Positions 1 through 8,690 of a DNA stretch of 64,000 nt are shown in pieces. Position 1 is the stretch's first letter; each line of letters begins with the position of its first letter. The stretch is from Verrucomicrobiota bacterium. GTDB lineage: Bacteria > Verrucomicrobiota > Verrucomicrobiia > Limisphaerales > Palsa-1400. The notes under the pieces are model-generated. The model worked only from the letters and a program-made list of their open reading frames with translations, was not told the origin of the DNA and did not search any database. Made by a program: the position numbers and the translations under genes. The stretch spans positions 1,145 to 65,144 of the forward strand of contig JBEKDI010000017.1 in assembly GCA_050014435.1 (NCBI GenBank), given 5' to 3'.

Positions 1-2
1 TC

Positions 3-404
3 GCGCCATTGGAAGAATGGTATTCGCTCAAGTATTTCTCGCCTGAGCTGCACGTGCTTCTGGTGCAGGACACCTCCAATATGGTCAAATCAGACGGCGG
101 CAACAAACGCGCGTATGATCGCCCGAACTATCCGTCCACCTGGGCGCGCGAGTATGGCAACGGACAGGCTTGTTCCGCAGGCTTTTCGCACGGCGCCTCT
201 TTGCTTCTGCACAGGGTGCAACCGCATCATAGGGGCCGAGTCTTTTACACCAGCATGGGCCACCGGGATGATATTTGGACCAGTCCTGTTTTCCAACAGG
301 TCCTGCTGGGCGGGATGAATTGGGCGCTGGGCCGTGTCGATGCCGACGTCACCCCAAACATCGCGAAAGTGGCTCCCCAAGCCGGGATTCTGCCGCCGGA
401 ATAG
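3..404 (+). CDS. ThuA-like domain protein, C-terminal fragment (5' end outside window)
   Basis: Frame is open from the window edge to TAG at 402-404. The tail 'GRVFYTSMGHRDDIW...LLGGMNWALG' resembles the conserved ThuA-domain C-terminus as I recall it. Confidence 0.55.
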   Translation, partial: APLEEWYSLKYFSPELHVLLVQDTSNMVKSDGGNKRAYDRPNYPSTWAREYGNGQACSAGFSHGASLLLHRVQPHHRGRVFYTSMGHRDDIWTSPVFQQVLLGGMNWALGRVDADVTPNIAKVAPQAGILPPE

Positions 405-413
405 CGGAAACCG

Positions 414-1103
414 TCATCCTGGCCCTTCGCCAATAAGTTGCCTGAGCTTCTGCAAGGCGCGCGCCCGGTGGCTCAGGTTGTTCTTTAACTCGTCCCCCAG
501 TTCGGCAAAAGATTGCGCATAACCCTCCGGCACAAAGAGCGGGTCGTAGCCAAAACCGCCCCGGCCCGACGCATTTCCGCTGATCCTCCCTTCACAAACA
601 CCGTCAACCAGAACAATCTGGCTCGACGCAAACGGCAGGATGCGCCGGGAGCCCGGGTCGAAGGCCAGCCGAAGAACCGCCAGGACGCAACGAAACCGGG
701 CCGTCCGCTCCCGGGGCGGTTTGCCTTCGAGCAAGCGAAGCAATTTGGCGTTGTTGGCTGAATCCGGGGAATTGGCGGCGCCGGGAGCGGCCCCGACCGC
801 GAAGCGCGCCGAGTGGACGCCGGGAGCGCCGTCGAGCGCATCCACTTCCAAACCGGAATCATCCGCCACGATATAAAACGGCTCATCCGCCGGAACCGGC
901 AACGGATCCGAACTCTTTGTGAGCCACTCGCCCAGGGAAACAACCTTTTTTCTGGCATTGCCGGCAAAGGTATCCGCATCCTCGATGGCCGCGGGCGCGC
1001 CGGGAAAATCGTCCAACGTCAGACAACGAAAATCCCCTCCCAGAATTTGCCCGAACTCCTGGACTTTGTGCGCATTGCGCGTGGCAATCAGCAGCGTAGT
1101 CAT
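414..1103 (-). CDS. rdgB: RdgB/HAM1 non-canonical purine NTP pyrophosphatase
   Basis: Motifs 'LLIATRNAHKVQEF', 'DDSGLEVDALDGAPGVHSARF', 'GGFGYDPLF' and 'LSHRARAL'. I chose the ATG at 1103 (MTTLLIATRN). The longer tracked ORF (to 1292) overlaps the next gene and adds non-homologous residues. Confidence 0.9.
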   Translation of the reverse strand: MTTLLIATRNAHKVQEFGQILGGDFRCLTLDDFPGAPAAIEDADTFAGNARKKVVSLGEWLTKSSDPLPVPADEPFYIVADDSGLEVDALDGAPGVHSARFAVGAAPGAANSPDSANNAKLLRLLEGKPPRERTARFRCVLAVLRLAFDPGSRRILPFASSQIVLVDGVCEGRISGNASGRGGFGYDPLFVPEGYAQSFAELGDELKNNLSHRARALQKLRQLIGEGPG

Positions 1104-1137
1104 AAGTTGCAAACCGTTGTGGGCGCCATCGCGTGGA

Positions 1138-4100
1138 TTACCGGGGCGCAGGCTCCAGTTCAAACCAACCAGTCTGTCCTCCCGCGTCTGGAATGAAACC
1201 CGAACCGCCCTGGGAAGCACCAATAAAAGCCCCCTTGAATCGCAACGTCTGATTATCGTTCGTATTAAGAAGAGAACCGGTAATGACGCCATTGGCTGAA
1301 AGGGAAATTTTTAAATTGTCGGACGGGCTTCCCTCAACAAACAACTGGCCCTTTTCGTTCACCCCCAGGTTGTTGGTCAGCGGTGGCAGAATTGTTCCCC
1401 CTCCAAAAATGATCGAATACTGGCTGCCGTTTGTGGGATGCACATAATTTGTGCCACCCGAACTCACCAGCATGTTACTGACAACACCCACGCCGCCCGA
1501 ATAATAACCGCCGATATTCGGCGCTTTATACCAATACAACTGGCCGCTGCAACTCCCGGATGCGTTGTTTGTTTCCCAGCCGATGAGCAATCCATTGGTC
1601 TTGTAACCGGCAGGTACCACGTAAAGGGGCCAAATGCCCTCCTTGGAAACCCTGGCCGACTGTGAAAACGTCGCATTATCGGGCAACGCGCCGCTCAACG
1701 CAATGGCGCCGCCGCTGCTGACACTCAGAGCCGCGTAGCCATTCGTGCCCGGCCCGTTCGTTTGGCCCGCCGGCTGCAGGCTGAGAATGTACTTGCCGGT
1801 GGCGGGCACTGTATTCGAGGACAGTTTCGTCACCTCGCGGTAGCAATTCAGCCCGGAAGACCAGGTGTCCGAAGAAATCACTCCAGTGGCAATGTCGGTG
1901 CCGTTGCTCAAATCCATCTGAACGATGACGTCCAGGGGCTTTCCGTGAAAATCCGCAATGCCGGTGGACATGGATCCGACTGTAAAATAGCTGTTATTCA
2001 GAAAAACAGGATATATTGGAATCGGAGCATAAGCCGGGAAAACCAGCCGGCCGCTTATCGCGCCGGCTGGCGTCAGGGTAAATGTCAAAAAGCCCGAGTT
2101 GGTCGGGGTCACGGGCTTGTCCGAGCAAATGAACAGGCCGCTGTAGGTTCCAGCCACATTGGCAAACGCGACAATGGAGAATTTTTCCGCAATAACGGAG
2201 GTTTGCCCGGCCGCATTGGTGGCCACGGCCTCGACCACATAATTATCGGGCGGGAGATTGCTCACCGCCGCCGACCAGGCCGAGGCGCCGCTCGCGGCCA
2301 ACAAGGGACCGACGCCGAAGCCGGTGGTCAGCGAAGTAATTTTCCAGTTCACCGGGGCGGACTCGTAACCGGACCTCATCCTTCCCTTTAAACGGAATGA
2401 GTTGGTCGTTAATCTGGCATTGGCTGATGGGTAAATAAACGAGATGCCTTTCCCCGCATTGCTCCGCACAAACGTCGCGGTCCACAAGAGGCCCTGGGCA
2501 TTTGTGAAGGAAACCGCTGGATTGGCCGTAGTGTAAGCCCCCTCGCTCCATCCGACGAATGTTGATCCGGCCGCGGGAGTCGCCACAACCTTATACGCGG
2601 CCTGATACTGCAATGGATAGCCGACCGGGTTTGTCTTAACAACCCCTGCCTGCGTGAGACTTACACTGCCATCTCCATTGATAAGAATGCCGGTATTCGT
2701 CACCAGTTGAACCGATTCGTTAAAATTTCCTGCGTTATCCAGGACTGCAACAGAGTTGCTATAGACACCTGGCGGCATAATCCCGAAATTAAGCGACCAA
2801 TTGGTTGTTCCGAGAGCGTAACCGCCAAGACCAATGCCCTGGTTCGGAACCGTCCCGTCTCCATTCGCCACAGGCATCATGTAACAATGCACCCACGCCA
2901 GACCATTGGTGTCACTGGCCGTCCCGCTGACTATCAGGGGGCTATTGTCGCCGAGAATGGTATTGGCCCCTGGATAAAGAATCGACAGCCCGGGAGCATT
3001 AGTATCGACGATCGCCCTAAAGTTGTTGCTGATCACCGTACTGTTTCTTGCCTGGTCCACGGCTTCCACCAGGGCAATATAGTTGCCGGCGGGAAGTTCA
3101 TTCATCGTCAACGACCAATTTGTCGTCCCGCTTGTTGATTGCGCCGGAAGCATCGCCAGCCCGTTCGTTTGAGAGAAAATCTGGCAGGTCACGGTCAGCG
3201 GCAGCGACACCCCATTGCTTGAAATCGTGCCGCCGACCAGAAGGCTGTAGTTGCTCAGGACAACATTCGCCGTCGGCGATGTAAAAGTAATGCTGTTGGA
3301 AGGAAGGCTGTTGGAAACGAAAGTCGCGGTCAGAGTCGAGGCTCCGGACATCGTGAACGTTTGCACCGGATTCAGGGAAACCTCGGTTCCATAGGTCCAT
3401 GTGTAGAAGAACTGATTTGAATCAGGATTTGCCGTGGCCTGGAAAGTTGACAGCACCGGAATAAGCTGACCATTCGTAGGTGTCGAAACGCTCCCGGGGC
3501 CAACCACTTCCAACAGCAGGGGAGCGTTCGTCGTGACGCTGAAATTGTTGGTGATCAACGTTTGATCTCCATTCGAGTCCATCGCGATAGCCTGAACAAT
3601 GTAGTAGCCCACAGCAAGGTTGCTCTCGGTAACTGACCACGTGTTCGTGCCGATGACCGTAAGCGCCGGACCGACCGCCATGTCGTTCGACACGGAGTAT
3701 ATCTGGCAGGTTATGGTCGCCGTATTCGACGGCACGTTGGAAATGGCCCCGGTGATGTTGAATGTGTTGTTGCTGACTATCCCATTTGGGGCTGGATAGG
3801 TAAAGGCGATGCTGTTCGGAATGCCATTCGAGATAAACGTCGCGGTCAACACAAAACCTTCAAACATGCTGAATTCCACTTCCTGGTTAAAATTATCCCC
3901 TTCACTGGCGCTCCAATTGACGAACAATTGATTGGAGCCAGGCGTTGCCTCGACGGAATAAATTGTGCCGTCCTGGAAGGGATAGCCCACCGCAGTGACG
4001 ATGTTGGATGCAGCATTCGTGAAATTAACGGTCCCGTTGCCGTTCGTTAGAATAGTAGTAACACTAACCAGATTGGTTGCTGGCGGGCTGAGGTCCCCTG

Positions 4101-5394
4101 CTCCATTCTGGGCCTGAACGCTCACGTTATAACTACCTGGGTACAAGTTGAGTGACCAATTGGTGGTTCCCGAAGCGTAATTGGTTACAAGGGTCCCATT
4201 CGTATATGGATATGGATATGTCCCGTCTGTCGCGGCTTGCGGAGTCAGAACGCAGATCACCACCGCCAACCCAATGTCGTCGCTTGCGGTTCCTTGCAAA
4301 TTAGTCGCCGGCAGGGGGGATGTTGGAGAGGTTATCGAAACCGTGGGCAGATTCGTTTCCACCGGAAGAGTCGTCAAATTGGTGAAGTCACAAAAGAGCA
4401 GGTTTGAATTGGCCGGCGCGTTAGTTCCAATATAATTGACCGGCAAAAGCCCTTGGGAGGCCTGGGAGGGGATTGTGCTGCTCGCTCCATAATCTAAAAA
4501 GTCGGCAGGCTCCACCTCGCCATCTCCGACACTCAATGTGTTAAAATACGCGAGCATATTCGAGGACACCAGTTCATTCGAATTATTAAGTATCCGCCCG
4601 AATACAGTAAAATTCTGGCCATCCAGATCACTGGAGTTGTCCACCAGATTGAAGAAAAAGCCGCTGGTGGCGGAATTGGTTGTCTCTGAATTGAGCGCCA
4701 TGGCGATCGTGCCAAAGCGATTATGAATCAGCGGCCCGAAACCAAATTCATTCTGAAGTTGAGGGGGAAAGGGCGGATTGAATTGGTTGCTGGAGGTGTA
4801 GCTGACAATATCCCAGCCCGTCAAAGGAGGGGTCGTGTTGGTGCGGTCTGACGCGCCGTCGTCTCCACCCTGAAGAACAAACTCCGGATTACACCGGTCA
4901 AAAAACATGTTCGCATAAGCCCCGGAGCTGACGTAGTGAATGAAATTCTCCACTGTCGCCGGTTTGTCGTGGTCGAAGAGTTGCACATCTAAATTGCTGG
5001 TTCCGCCGCCGGGGAAGCCGCTGAGGATGAATCGGACAATGGTGCCGTTAGTGATTGCCAGCACGGCGTTCGAGCTTGTCACGGAGTTGGTTAAGTTGCT
5101 GGCAATCACCGTGTAACTTCCGGCCTCGTTGGTGATGACGTCTTCCAATGTCAGCACCGAAGCAGCCGAGCCGCTGATTATTACCCCGTCGTCGTTGGTG
5201 CCGTCGGTCAGGTTGGTGGTGTTGAACTGCCATTGATAGCCCGTCGCGTTGCTGGCGCCGACGGTAAACGCGGCGCTGGAGGCGTTGTTGACAGTGATGC
5301 TCTGCGGCTGGTTGGTGATGGTCTGCGCCGGGGCGGTCGCCCAAAAGGCGAAAATCATTAAAAAAACCCGAAAAATCGGATAAAGCCTATTCAT
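1138..5394 (-). CDS. Giant secreted multidomain protein: signal peptide, Ig-like domain, cyclophilin-type PPIase domain, alternating Ig-like and InlB-B-repeat-like modules, conserved C-terminal region
   Basis: Start chosen at MNRLYPIFRVFLMIFAFWATAPAQT (hydrophobic signal). The cyclophilin core is 'LFDHDKPATVENFIHYV...FVLQGGD...HNRFGTIAMA...FFFNL...FTVFGRI'. Five repeated 'GTTNWSL...PG.Y...A.D.AGN' Ig-like units follow. It is a paralog of the adjacent gene. Confidence 0.85.
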   Translation of the reverse strand: MNRLYPIFRVFLMIFAFWATAPAQTITNQPQSITVNNASSAAFTVGASNATGYQWQFNTTNLTDGTNDDGVIISGSAASVLTLEDVITNEAGSYTVIASNLTNSVTSSNAVLAITNGTIVRFILSGFPGGGTSNLDVQLFDHDKPATVENFIHYVSSGAYANMFFDRCNPEFVLQGGDDGASDRTNTTPPLTGWDIVSYTSSNQFNPPFPPQLQNEFGFGPLIHNRFGTIAMALNSETTNSATSGFFFNLVDNSSDLDGQNFTVFGRILNNSNELVSSNMLAYFNTLSVGDGEVEPADFLDYGASSTIPSQASQGLLPVNYIGTNAPANSNLLFCDFTNLTTLPVETNLPTVSITSPTSPLPATNLQGTASDDIGLAVVICVLTPQAATDGTYPYPYTNGTLVTNYASGTTNWSLNLYPGSYNVSVQAQNGAGDLSPPATNLVSVTTILTNGNGTVNFTNAASNIVTAVGYPFQDGTIYSVEATPGSNQLFVNWSASEGDNFNQEVEFSMFEGFVLTATFISNGIPNSIAFTYPAPNGIVSNNTFNITGAISNVPSNTATITCQIYSVSNDMAVGPALTVIGTNTWSVTESNLAVGYYIVQAIAMDSNGDQTLITNNFSVTTNAPLLLEVVGPGSVSTPTNGQLIPVLSTFQATANPDSNQFFYTWTYGTEVSLNPVQTFTMSGASTLTATFVSNSLPSNSITFTSPTANVVLSNYSLLVGGTISSNGVSLPLTVTCQIFSQTNGLAMLPAQSTSGTTNWSLTMNELPAGNYIALVEAVDQARNSTVISNNFRAIVDTNAPGLSILYPGANTILGDNSPLIVSGTASDTNGLAWVHCYMMPVANGDGTVPNQGIGLGGYALGTTNWSLNFGIMPPGVYSNSVAVLDNAGNFNESVQLVTNTGILINGDGSVSLTQAGVVKTNPVGYPLQYQAAYKVVATPAAGSTFVGWSEGAYTTANPAVSFTNAQGLLWTATFVRSNAGKGISFIYPSANARLTTNSFRLKGRMRSGYESAPVNWKITSLTTGFGVGPLLAASGASAWSAAVSNLPPDNYVVEAVATNAAGQTSVIAEKFSIVAFANVAGTYSGLFICSDKPVTPTNSGFLTFTLTPAGAISGRLVFPAYAPIPIYPVFLNNSYFTVGSMSTGIADFHGKPLDVIVQMDLSNGTDIATGVISSDTWSSGLNCYREVTKLSSNTVPATGKYILSLQPAGQTNGPGTNGYAALSVSSGGAIALSGALPDNATFSQSARVSKEGIWPLYVVPAGYKTNGLLIGWETNNASGSCSGQLYWYKAPNIGGYYSGGVGVVSNMLVSSGGTNYVHPTNGSQYSIIFGGGTILPPLTNNLGVNEKGQLFVEGSPSDNLKISLSANGVITGSLLNTNDNQTLRFKGAFIGASQGGSGFIPDAGGQTGWFELEPAPR

Positions 5395-5416
5395 CCAGCA
5401 TCGGCGTAAAAGATCG

Positions 5417-8400
5417 TCATTGGCCGGGCGACGGCTCCAAGAGGAAATATCCCGTCTGGCCATCGTCCTCCAGAAAGAAACCGGAGCCGCCCTGTTCCCG
5501 GCCAAAGAAAGCCCCCTTGAATTGCAGCGGTTTGGCGCTGTTGGCGCTCATAAAATGCCCGGTTAACACCCCATTGCCTGAGAGGGAAATTGCCAGTTTG
5601 TCACTGTCGGTCGCACTCTCCGGCTTGAATTGATCGCCGGCGTCAGCCACCGACAGATTATTGCTCCCCAGCACGTTGTTCGTCGCTGTTTGAAAAACAA
5701 TTGAGTAGTTGCCCTTTGCGGGAGGATAATAATTTGTGCCGGTTGAGTCCACGAGCGCATCAATCTTGTTCGTCAAGTAAGAGCCAACATTGGCAGCTTT
5801 GAGCCAATACAATTGGCCGCTGGAGACTCCAGCCGCCTGGTTGGTTTCCCAGCCCATGAGCGCTCCGTCCGTCTTGTAACCGGCCGGGATGGCGTAGAGG
5901 GGCCAAACACCGTCCTTGGAAACCCTGGTTGCTTGGGAAAACGCCGCGCCGTCCGGCAGCGCGCCGCTTAAACTCAAAACGCCTCCGCTGCTGACGGAAA
6001 GTGAGGCGTAGCCGTTGGTGTTGGTCCACGACAATGGGTCCAACCTGAGAATATATTTTCCAGTGGCTGGCGTGGTAAGGCCGGAAAGTTTTGTGACCGC
6101 ACGGTAGCAGACGATTTGCGAAGACCAACTACTATTTGAAGCCACGACGGATCCAGTGAATTCGTCGGTTCCATTGGTCAAATCCAAATTGAAGCCGTAC
6201 AGATAAACAGGGTTCCCGGGAAAAGGCAAAGTGTAGTATGCCCCGCCGATATTTCCATAGACGTTGAATTTGCCGATAATTGCGATCGGCTTGTAAGCAG
6301 GGAAAACCAGCCTTCCGCTATACGCGCCGCTGGCCGTCACGGCAAGTGTGAAGGAACCTGAATTGGTGGGAGTGACGGGAGCACCGCTGTCGCAAATGAA
6401 GAGGCCAATGTAGTTTCCCTCCACGCCCTTGAAATATTGCACGGAGAATTTCTCGGAGACGGCGGTGGTCGTTCCCCCGGCGTAGGTGGCCACCGCTTCA
6501 ACCTCGTAGTCATCGGGAGGCAGGTTGCTCACGGCCACCGACCAGGCGCCCCGGCCGGATGTTGTCAACGGACCAAGCTCAAAACCGGTGTTCGTTGAAA
6601 AAATCTGGCAGGTGATTTGTGCAGACCCGGCGCCGGGCGTAATCCTTCCTTTCAGCAGAAAACTGTTGGTGTTTAATTTGGCATTGGCCGGGGGATAGGT
6701 AAAGGAGATGACTTTTGGCGCGCCGTTTGAGATGAATTCCGCGACGAGCGTCATATTGCTGGTCATTGTGAAAGTTTCCGTCGAGTTGGTAAAGACCCCG
6801 GTGCCATCATTCCATCCGTAAAACGACTCGCCGGAGCCGGGGATTGCCGTGGCCTGGAAAGTTCCTCCCACTGCCGCCACATATTCCCCGTTTGTAATGG
6901 GAGAAACTGATCCATTCCCTACTATGATCAAATTCAAGGGGGCAAGCGGCCCAAAATTCGCCGTCACCGTCGAGCCAAAGTTTATGTCGAACGCAACTTC
7001 CGAGTTGGTTTCTGTCTGGCCTCCGGCGGTCCAGTTGATAAATTCCCAATTGGGCGCGGCCGTTGCGACCAAGTTAAAGTTACTGCCGGATTGGAAAGGA
7101 TAGCCAATTGGGGCATTGATGTTTGTGGGCACTCCCTGGCCCTGCGCAAAACTGACAGTGCCGTTGCCATTGGTAGTGACCCCAGTAATAGTCACGAACT
7201 GAGTTGCTGCCGTGCTCAGGTAACCGGCGCCGTTCTGGGACTGAACGATTAATTCGTAGCTGCCTGGCAGCAGCTCCGGCACCTGAAATAATCCATATAG
7301 ATCCTCAATGGTTAACAAGTCCAACGACCAATTGGTGGTTCCAAGAGCATAATTGGTCAAAGAAACACCGCCATTTGCATACGCTCCGCCGGTGGCTTGC
7401 GGGACCATGGCGCAGGACACATTTGCCAGCCCCACGTCATCACTGGCTGTTCCTCCCGTCGCAACTGAACCGCCATAAGTAAACAACGCATTGGTGGCGG
7501 GCGACGTTATCGAGACGGTGGGAGAACGCGTGTACACTGGAAAAGCCGTCAAATTGGTAAAATCACAAAAGAGCAGGTTTGAATTGGCCGGCGCGTTGGT
7601 TCCCGTGTAATCGACCGGCAGCAAGTTGATAGATGGGATTGTGTTTGTTCTCCCATAATCTAAAAATGTTACAGGTTCAACCGCGCCGTATCCATCGCTC
7701 AGAGTATTAAAATACGCCAATAAATTGGAGAAGGACATTACATTTGAATTATTGAGTATTCGCCCGAAAACGGTGAATGGCCCACTATCATTGGTGGTGG
7801 TGTCCAAATTGTTTATACCGCTCGTATTGTCAGCTAAATTAAAGAAAAAGGCGCTACTGGCGGAATCCGGGCTGGAACCATGCGCCATCGCAATCGTGCC
7901 AAACCGATTATGAATCAACGGCCCAACGTTAAACTCGCTGTCAACTTGACCCGGAAATGGCGGATAGAATTGGTTGCTGGCAGTGTAACGGACAATATCC
8001 CAACCCGTCAGAGGAGGAGTTGTGCTGGTGCGATTTGACGCGCCATCGTCTCCACCCTGTAGCACAAACCCCGGCGCACACCGGTCAAGGAACATGTTCG
8101 AATAAGCCCCGGAGCTGACGTAGTGAATGAAGTTCTCCACTGTCGCCGGTTTGTCATGGTCGAAAAGTCGCACATCCAAGTTGCTGGTTCCGCCGCCGGG
8201 AAAGCCGGTGAGGATGAATCGGACAATGGTGCCATTGGTGATTGTCAATACCGCGGGCGGGGCGCTCGTCACCGAGCCGTTGAGAACCACCGTGTAACTT
8301 CCGGCTTCATTGGTTGTGACGTCATCCAGTGTCAGCGCCGAATTGGTGGAGCCGCTGATAAATACCCCGTCGCTGTTCGCGCCGTCTGTCAGAATGTTGG

Positions 8401-8578
8401 TTCCGTTGAAATACCATTGATAGCTCGTCGCGCCGCCGGCGCCGACGGTAAAAGTGGCGGTGGAATCGTTGTTGACAATGATGCTCTGCGGCTGGTTGGT
8501 GATGGTCTGCGCCGGAGCGTCGGTCTGCAGGGCCAGCGCCACACCAAGACCGCACAGCTTGGAGATGATTTTCGTCAT
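5417..8578 (-). CDS. Giant secreted cyclophilin-domain protein, shorter paralog of 1138..5394
   Basis: Same order as its neighbour: signal peptide (MTKIISKLCGLGVALALQTDAPAQT), Ig-like domain, cyclophilin core ('LFDHDKPATVENFIHYV', 'FTVFGRI'), fewer repeat modules, and a homologous C-terminal ~380 aa ('GKYILRL...SLSVSSGG...WPLYAIPAGYKTDG...GQLYWLKA'). Confidence 0.85.
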   Translation of the reverse strand: MTKIISKLCGLGVALALQTDAPAQTITNQPQSIIVNNDSTATFTVGAGGATSYQWYFNGTNILTDGANSDGVFISGSTNSALTLDDVTTNEAGSYTVVLNGSVTSAPPAVLTITNGTIVRFILTGFPGGGTSNLDVRLFDHDKPATVENFIHYVSSGAYSNMFLDRCAPGFVLQGGDDGASNRTSTTPPLTGWDIVRYTASNQFYPPFPGQVDSEFNVGPLIHNRFGTIAMAHGSSPDSASSAFFFNLADNTSGINNLDTTTNDSGPFTVFGRILNNSNVMSFSNLLAYFNTLSDGYGAVEPVTFLDYGRTNTIPSINLLPVDYTGTNAPANSNLLFCDFTNLTAFPVYTRSPTVSITSPATNALFTYGGSVATGGTASDDVGLANVSCAMVPQATGGAYANGGVSLTNYALGTTNWSLDLLTIEDLYGLFQVPELLPGSYELIVQSQNGAGYLSTAATQFVTITGVTTNGNGTVSFAQGQGVPTNINAPIGYPFQSGSNFNLVATAAPNWEFINWTAGGQTETNSEVAFDINFGSTVTANFGPLAPLNLIIVGNGSVSPITNGEYVAAVGGTFQATAIPGSGESFYGWNDGTGVFTNSTETFTMTSNMTLVAEFISNGAPKVISFTYPPANAKLNTNSFLLKGRITPGAGSAQITCQIFSTNTGFELGPLTTSGRGAWSVAVSNLPPDDYEVEAVATYAGGTTTAVSEKFSVQYFKGVEGNYIGLFICDSGAPVTPTNSGSFTLAVTASGAYSGRLVFPAYKPIAIIGKFNVYGNIGGAYYTLPFPGNPVYLYGFNLDLTNGTDEFTGSVVASNSSWSSQIVCYRAVTKLSGLTTPATGKYILRLDPLSWTNTNGYASLSVSSGGVLSLSGALPDGAAFSQATRVSKDGVWPLYAIPAGYKTDGALMGWETNQAAGVSSGQLYWLKAANVGSYLTNKIDALVDSTGTNYYPPAKGNYSIVFQTATNNVLGSNNLSVADAGDQFKPESATDSDKLAISLSGNGVLTGHFMSANSAKPLQFKGAFFGREQGGSGFFLEDDGQTGYFLLEPSPGQ

Positions 8579-8690
8579 TGCGCAACTTTATCCGCATCCG
8601 GCCATTGTTTAAAGGAAAAATAAAACCCCGGCGCGACACGCAAACTCCTTGCCCGACGCGGGTTCTTTCCGCAATATCCATGCGCTTCTT

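Noticed and set aside
150-245. Apparent ~27-aa insertion ('QACSAGFSHGASLLLHRVQPHHRG') between 'YGNG' and 'RVFYTS' in the ThuA-like fragment, possibly a frameshifted patch
   Set aside because: My memory of the ThuA consensus is not precise enough. The frame is continuous and the gene is truncated by the window, so this cannot be supported without an alignment.
1104-1292. N-terminal extension of the rdgB ORF (start at 1292), and the extension of the giant protein ORF to 5505
   Set aside because: The extensions overlap the 3' ends of the upstream genes and add non-homologous Arg-rich residues. Internal ATGs at 1103 and 5394 give canonical N-termini (MTTLLIATRN; a signal peptide).
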